Positions 56,531-64,000 of a DNA stretch of 64,000 nucleotides are shown piece by piece. The position numbers and the translations under genes are program-made. The notes under the pieces were generated by a model. It was not told the origin of the DNA. It ran no database searches and worked only from the letters and a program-made list of their open reading frames with translations. Position 1 is the stretch's first letter. Each line of letters starts with the position of its first letter. Origin of the DNA: an uncultured Candidatus Saccharibacteria bacterium (GTDB lineage Bacteria; Patescibacteriota; Minisyncoccia; UBA6257; GWB1-50-10); NCBI GenBank assembly GCA_964525595.1, contig CAZGHF010000001.1, forward strand, positions 29,509 through 93,508, in the 5' to 3' direction.

Positions 56531-57439
56531 ATGTCTGTTGTAGAAATTTTGGTTTATTTCGCGCTTTTTGTTGTTGGTCTTGCCGTTGGCAGTTTTTTTA
56601 ATGTTCTCGCGTTTCGTTATAACCCCTCGCGGAGCGTTTTTTATCATAAAAATTTAAGCGGTCACTCGAAGTGTCTTTCCTGCAACAAGCGCCTTCGCTG
56701 GTTTGAGCTTATTCCCTTGGTGTCTTTTGTAATTCAAAAAGGAAAATGCCGGGGTTGCGGCGGGCGTTTTTCGTTTCAATACCCGATAGTGGAGTTTTTA
56801 GGCGGCTTTATTTTGGTCGGTATTCCTCTTTACTTTAACAAGTTCTATGGAATTACTGATTTATTCTCTTTTTCGGCACCTCTTCGTTCTTATTACGGTT
56901 TTCTGATACTGTGGGTTCTGGTTTTTTTAACATGGCTTTTAATAAGCGCAATTGACTATCGTCATTACCTCGTTCCTGACGGCTTGAATGTGGCGCTTGG
57001 GGTATTAGGAATCGTTATTATTGCCGTGAAATCATTGCCGTCGAGCTGGTTTCTCGCTTTTCACAATTCTTTTTTGAGACATTATGAACTCATATTTTCG
57101 CCCACTCAAACCGTGTGGCTCAATCATCTTCTCGGAGCCTTGATAGCCGGTCTCTTTTTTGTCTTACTTGTATTTTTGAGTCGCGGCAAAGGCATGGGTA
57201 TGGGCGACGTAAAGCTTGCAATTGCTTCCGGTTTGGTATTGGGTTGGCCCGATATGGGTCTTGCTATAATTATTGGTTTTATTGTGGGTGGCGCCTGGGC
57301 GGCAGTCCTTCTTGTTGCGAACAAAAAAACGCTTCACGATGAAATTCCATTTGCGCCATTCTTTATATTAGGGATGGTTCTTACGGTGTTTTTGGGTTTT
57401 GAAATGGTAGAGAGTTACCTTAATTTGTTCAATATCTAA
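56531..57439 (+). CDS. pilD: prepilin peptidase
   Basis: GSFFNV, S.C..C...L.WFELIP, C..C, ID, GMG.GDVKL, PFAPF. Confidence 0.94.
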   Translation: MSVVEILVYFALFVVGLAVGSFFNVLAFRYNPSRSVFYHKNLSGHSKCLSCNKRLRWFELIPLVSFVIQKGKCRGCGGRFSFQYPIVEFLGGFILVGIPLYFNKFYGITDLFSFSAPLRSYYGFLILWVLVFLTWLLISAIDYRHYLVPDGLNVALGVLGIVIIAVKSLPSSWFLAFHNSFLRHYELIFSPTQTVWLNHLLGALIAGLFFVLLVFLSRGKGMGMGDVKLAIASGLVLGWPDMGLAIIIGFIVGGAWAAVLLVANKKTLHDEIPFAPFFILGMVLTVFLGFEMVESYLNLFNI

Positions 57440-57525
57440 CACAAAGGTGGATTTTTCCCGCTCCTCCGAAGACGAGGCAAGCATGAATCAACGTGGATTC
57501 CTTTTTGCGGTATAATAATTAAATA

Positions 57526-58059
57526 ATGAAAGGAGGCTACACTTTAATAGAAACGCTTGTTGTGATATCCATTACTCTGGTTCTTTCGGCTATTGCGATT
57601 GTTTATACTCATTCGAGTGAGAAGCAAATCCTTATTTACAAAGACCGAGCGACCGTCGTGGGATTTTTAAATCGGGCAAGGTCTTTAGCTGCTCAGAAGT
57701 ATCGTGATCCCTCCGTTCCCGACTATCTCACCTGTGCTTTTGGTATTCATTTTGAACCCGATTCCAGGGATTTTGTCCTGTTTCAGGATTTAGGCGAAGG
57801 GGATTGCAGTCTGGGGAGCACGAATTACCGTTATGACCAAGAAGCTGACCCCTCCGAGGCGATTCAAATTGTTTCTTTGGATTCCCGCCTTCAATTTGCG
57901 GGTATCCCCGCCGGTGGTTTGGATATTTTCTTCATTCCGCCTGAGATAACGGCAAGTTCAAGCACCGAATTACCCGTTTCGTTTATTATTAAGACGACGG
58001 ATAATCAGTTTCAAACAGTAACGACCGTTGCTGTCGGTGGTCAAATTATCACTGAATAA
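57526..58059 (+). CDS. minor pilin (FimT-like)
   Basis: GYTLIETLVV class III signal. Confidence 0.85.
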   Translation: MKGGYTLIETLVVISITLVLSAIAIVYTHSSEKQILIYKDRATVVGFLNRARSLAAQKYRDPSVPDYLTCAFGIHFEPDSRDFVLFQDLGEGDCSLGSTNYRYDQEADPSEAIQIVSLDSRLQFAGIPAGGLDIFFIPPEITASSSTELPVSFIIKTTDNQFQTVTTVAVGGQIITE

Positions 58060-58075
58060 TTTTGAATCATGAACT

Positions 58076-58591
58076 ATGAATAATAAATTAAGAATAAAGG
58101 ATAGAAAGGGGAATTTGCTTATTGAATCAATTGTAGCCATAAGTGTTATAATCATCAGTTTTTTGGGGATTTTGAGTCTTCTGTCGCGTTCGCTCGGTCT
58201 TAATAAAGATGTGAGTCATAAATTCGTTGCTACCTATCTTGCGGTCGAGGGGGTTGAAATAGTCAAAAGCTTGATTGATAAAAATTTTACCGACGGGCTT
58301 GCCTGGAATGATTGCTGTTCGGACGGCAGTTGGGAAGTGGTTTATGACAGCACCATTCTTATTCCGGCTTCAGTGCCTCCGAACCCTCTTCTTTTTGACA
58401 AAACTGATGGAAGCTACAATTACGTGACAGGCAATCCATCATCCTTTACGAGAGTTGTCGAAATTTCAGAGCTTGACCGGAATGGCGATGATCGAACTGA
58501 TGAAATAAAAGTTAATTCCAAGGTTAGCTGGTCAAGGCGTGGCAGTGTCCAGGAAATTAACTTAGAGGACCATTTTTTTGACTGGAAATGA
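58076..58591 (+). CDS. minor pilin (PilV-like)
   Basis: GNLLIESIVA; A.YLA.EGVE. Confidence 0.8.
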   Translation: MNNKLRIKDRKGNLLIESIVAISVIIISFLGILSLLSRSLGLNKDVSHKFVATYLAVEGVEIVKSLIDKNFTDGLAWNDCCSDGSWEVVYDSTILIPASVPPNPLLFDKTDGSYNYVTGNPSSFTRVVEISELDRNGDDRTDEIKVNSKVSWSRRGSVQEINLEDHFFDWK

Positions 58592-59166
58592 TGTTTGGAG
58601 ATTCAATAGGAATTAAAAATTCGAGACAAGGCTTCACGCTTGCTGAGCTTATAGTTGCCATGTCCGTATTTATCGTTGCGATGATAATTGTTGTCGGTTC
58701 TTTTATAAGAGTTATTCGAACTCAGCGGGCAGTAAACAACCTGCTTTCTATGAACTCGAATATGAGTTTGGTAATTGAACTGATAACCCGGGATATAAGA
58801 ACCGGTTATAACTTCAGTTTAAACAGCCTGCCCGGAGGCAGCTGTATCGGCAGTCAGGTTGAAGAGCTTGAATTTACGAATACTCGTTTTAACAGCGTTT
58901 TCTACCATGACGAGGGCGGGGCGGTTGTCCGCCGGGAATGCGCGGGTGAGGACTGTACCGGCAAGGATTTCGAAGCGCTAACTGCCTCAAATGTGAACAT
59001 TGAACGTCTTTGTTTTTTAAACACCGGGAATCTTGAAAACGGGAAGGATCCCTGGCGGATTACACTTTTCTTTAAAGTCGGTTCTGCCGATTTAGTGCTC
59101 TCCAGTCAGGTTATTGATCTCCAAACAACCATTGCCGCTCGAATTACCCCTCAAGAAACCGAATAA
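58588..59166 (+). CDS. minor pilin (PilW-like)
   Basis: GFTLAELIVA; I.RDIR.G; LQTTI..R. Confidence 0.85.
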   Translation: MMFGDSIGIKNSRQGFTLAELIVAMSVFIVAMIIVVGSFIRVIRTQRAVNNLLSMNSNMSLVIELITRDIRTGYNFSLNSLPGGSCIGSQVEELEFTNTRFNSVFYHDEGGAVVRRECAGEDCTGKDFEALTASNVNIERLCFLNTGNLENGKDPWRITLFFKVGSADLVLSSQVIDLQTTIAARITPQETE

Positions 59167-59176
59167 TTAACCAATT

Positions 59177-61634
<2,458 letters not shown>

Positions 61635-61643
61635 TCAAAAGCG

Positions 61644-61928
61644 ATGAGTTTAATTGACAGAAAAACGATAAAGAACCTTGCGGAGCTTTCCCGGTTGGAG
61701 CTTTCGGAAAAGGAGGAAAAATCGCTTCTAAAAGATTTGGAGAAAATACTTTCTTATTTCGAAGAGTTAAAGGAGGTTGATACGGAAAGCGTTGCACCAA
61801 TGTCGGGCGGTACTTTTTCCGAGAACGTTTTTCGGAAGAGCGACTCTAGTTTGCCGAAAGAGCGGGCTATTCAGTCTTTCCCTGAAACCGAGAAAGGTTT
61901 TTTAAAAGTACCGCCTGTATTTGAATAG
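61644..61928 (+). CDS. gatC: Asp/Glu-tRNA amidotransferase subunit C
   Basis: LAELSRL.L, L..IL.Y...L.EVDT..V.P, F.KVP.V. Confidence 0.92.
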   Translation: MSLIDRKTIKNLAELSRLELSEKEEKSLLKDLEKILSYFEELKEVDTESVAPMSGGTFSENVFRKSDSSLPKERAIQSFPETEKGFLKVPPVFE

Positions 61929-61969
61929 AGCTCCGCGAATATACGAATTGAGCACGAATGTAAAAATTT

Positions 61970-63412
61970 ATGACTTTAGGTAATCTCACGATTAAAAAGT
62001 TTCACGAAGGCCTAATTAGTAAGAAGTTCTCGGCGGTCGAGGTGGCCGAAAAGTTTTTCAGTCAGATTGATAAAGAGAACGGAGAAATCGGTGCCTACCT
62101 TAATTTGTCAAAAGACGAAGCTATCGCGCAGGCTAACGCTGTTGATACTGCTCTTGCCGGCGGAAAGGAGATTCCGATTCTTGCCGGAGTACCATTTGCA
62201 ATAAAAGACAATATTTTGATTGAGGGCGGATCGGCAACAGTTGCTTCAAAGATTCTCGAAAATTATAAAAGCGCCTATGATGCAACCGTTATCCGGAAGC
62301 TTAAGGAGAACCAGGCAGTACTTTTAGGCAAAACTAACCTCGATGAATTTGCGATGGGTTCTTCGACTGAAAACTCCGCTTTCAGGAAAACCAGGAACCC
62401 GCATGACCCGACCCGCGTTCCGGGCGGTTCTTCGGGCGGTTCGGCTGCGGCGGTTGCGGCAAACATGGCTTTGGCCGCTCTTGGAACAGATACTAACGGT
62501 TCAATTAGACAGCCAGCAAGTTTTTGCGGTGTAGTCGGGTTAAAACCCACCTATGGTGTGGTATCCCGGCATGGAATTATTGCTCTCGGCTCAAGCTTGG
62601 ACCAGGTCGGTCCCCTTACCAAAACCGTGGAGGACGCATCGATTATTTTTGAGGCAATAAACGGCCGGGATGAATTTGATTCTACAAGTTTGGATAAGGC
62701 ATTTAGACACGAAAATATTTCTTTGGACGAGATTAGAAATTTAAAAGTCGGTATTCCCAAGGAATATTTTATTGACGGCATCGATAAAGAAGTTGAGAAA
62801 GGTATTGAGGAAACGATAGAAAAACTGAAAAGCCTGAAAATTGAGTTTAAAAAAGTATCCCTGCCCCACACTAAATATGCAATTTCTGTTTACTACGTAA
62901 TTCTTCCGGCTGAAGCAAGTACGAACCTCGCTCGTTACGACGGCGTTCGCTACGCAAGAGTTTCTTCCGTTCCGGACGATTCGAGCTTAAGAGAGATTTA
63001 TCTTAAAGATAAAGGTGCCGGGTTTGGTTCCGAGTCGAAGCGGCGGATACTTTTAGGAACTTTTGTCCTCTCTGCGGGCTATTACGATGCTTATTATACC
63101 AAAGCTCAAAAAGTTCGCAGTTTGATTAAACAGGATTTTGATGAAGTCTTTAAGAAAGTTGACGTGATTATCACCCCTACTACTCCGACTCCGGCTTTCA
63201 AACTGGGTGAAAAAACAGATGATCCTCTTGCGATGTACCTTGCCGATATCTTTACCAGTCCTTCAAGTTTATCAGGGTTTCCGGCGGTATCGATTCCGGT
63301 CAAGAAATACGAGGTTGGGAGCGGGGAATTGCCGGTGGGTTTTCAGCTTATTGGCCGTCACTTCCGCGAAGCCGACATTTTAAATCTCGGTCAGTATTAC
63401 GAAGAAATTTAA
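61970..63412 (+). CDS. gatA: Asp/Glu-tRNA amidotransferase subunit A
   Basis: KDN, GKTNLDEFAMGSS, PGGSSGGSAAAV, IRQPA, RRILLGTF.LS.GYYDAYY. Confidence 0.96.
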   Translation: MTLGNLTIKKFHEGLISKKFSAVEVAEKFFSQIDKENGEIGAYLNLSKDEAIAQANAVDTALAGGKEIPILAGVPFAIKDNILIEGGSATVASKILENYKSAYDATVIRKLKENQAVLLGKTNLDEFAMGSSTENSAFRKTRNPHDPTRVPGGSSGGSAAAVAANMALAALGTDTNGSIRQPASFCGVVGLKPTYGVVSRHGIIALGSSLDQVGPLTKTVEDASIIFEAINGRDEFDSTSLDKAFRHENISLDEIRNLKVGIPKEYFIDGIDKEVEKGIEETIEKLKSLKIEFKKVSLPHTKYAISVYYVILPAEASTNLARYDGVRYARVSSVPDDSSLREIYLKDKGAGFGSESKRRILLGTFVLSAGYYDAYYTKAQKVRSLIKQDFDEVFKKVDVIITPTTPTPAFKLGEKTDDPLAMYLADIFTSPSSLSGFPAVSIPVKKYEVGSGELPVGFQLIGRHFREADILNLGQYYEEI

Positions 63413-63458
63413 TAAACTAAGATTTTATAAACAATCGTTCGTAAAATCTAGAAATATT

Positions 63459-64000
63459 TTACGACAGAAATTCTTCGGCTTTTTTAAGGTCTTCAATAAC
63501 GCCAACTGGCACGAAAGAGCGAGCTTCCACCGTTTTTATCTTGTGGTCTTTGGACATAGCCAAGACCGACATCGGTAAAAGAAGTTCTCCTTTTACGGCT
63601 TCGCCGGGAGAATAGTTAAAGATTAAAGAGTTAAGCACGAAGCCGCTGACGAGAGCCAGGTTTGACGGCGGATTTTCCGGTTTTTCAATCACGTTCTTAA
63701 TGCTTTTGTCGTCATTTAATTCAACAATGCCGAAGCGTTGGGGGTTTTCAACTCTGGCTGTGATTGCCGCAAGGTCGTGCCCAAACAAATTCTTAAAGGT
63801 TTCTTTATCTATAAGGTCGTCCGAATAAACTACCGCGAAAGGCTCATCGCTCAAGTGCTTTCTGGACAGCCAAAGAGCGTCATAAGTGCCTTTTTTCTCC
63901 GGCTGGTGGACGTAATTTACCTTTCGGCCCAAAAATTCCTTACCGCAATAGTCTATAATTTTGTCGCCGAGGTAGCCGTGAACAATAACAAGCTCGTCAA
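63459..64000 (-). CDS. sugar-phosphate nucleotidyltransferase family protein (5' end outside window)
   Basis: VIVHGYLGD.I, Q....GT, YSDD, P.RFGIV, EKP..P.SNL, GE. Confidence 0.85.
   Translation of the reverse strand, partial: DELVIVHGYLGDKIIDYCGKEFLGRKVNYVHQPEKKGTYDALWLSRKHLSDEPFAVVYSDDLIDKETFKNLFGHDLAAITARVENPQRFGIVELNDDKSIKNVIEKPENPPSNLALVSGFVLNSLIFNYSPGEAVKGELLLPMSVLAMSKDHKIKTVEARSFVPVGVIEDLKKAEEFLS

Overview
This 64-kb window looks like chromosomal DNA from a reduced-genome bacterium, most likely Patescibacteria/CPR (Parcubacteria-like). That assignment is inferred from gene content: minimal IF2, truncated ValRS, alpha2-type GlyRS, membrane H+-PPase and a complete type IV pilus locus. 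It is mostly housekeeping genes (ftsH, xerC-like, rpsO, pnp, nusA, murD, valS, tsaD, recO, glyQS, leuS, uppS, rbfA, infB, tyrS, clpP, ligA, gatCA), a pilM-N-O-B-T-C-pilin-pilD-minor pilin cluster and 15 tRNA genes, including the unusual Ile(UAU) and Arg(GCG). No rRNA, CRISPR array, transposase, reverse transcriptase or prophage was seen. The most interesting signals are small and mostly missed by the ORF track. (1) Two paralogous 57-58 aa AbrB/MazE-like genes, each behind a loop-less GTTGCCC...GGGCAAC perfect palindrome, face each other around an M16 peptidase/AI-2E/TatD operon. (2) Five tRNA genes are flanked by duplicated tRNA fragments whose T-loop or anticodon loop is interrupted by hairpins; one of them carries a GIY-YIG nuclease. 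(3) A frameshifted gene resembles a DGR target but has no RT nearby. (4) An AT-rich gene is inserted between ~50-bp direct repeats that duplicate the nusA promoter. (5) There is a translin-like protein, an ASCH-like insertion in ValRS, and in-frame 7-nt and hairpin micro-insertions in essential genes. Family calls come from motif recognition by eye; no searches were run.
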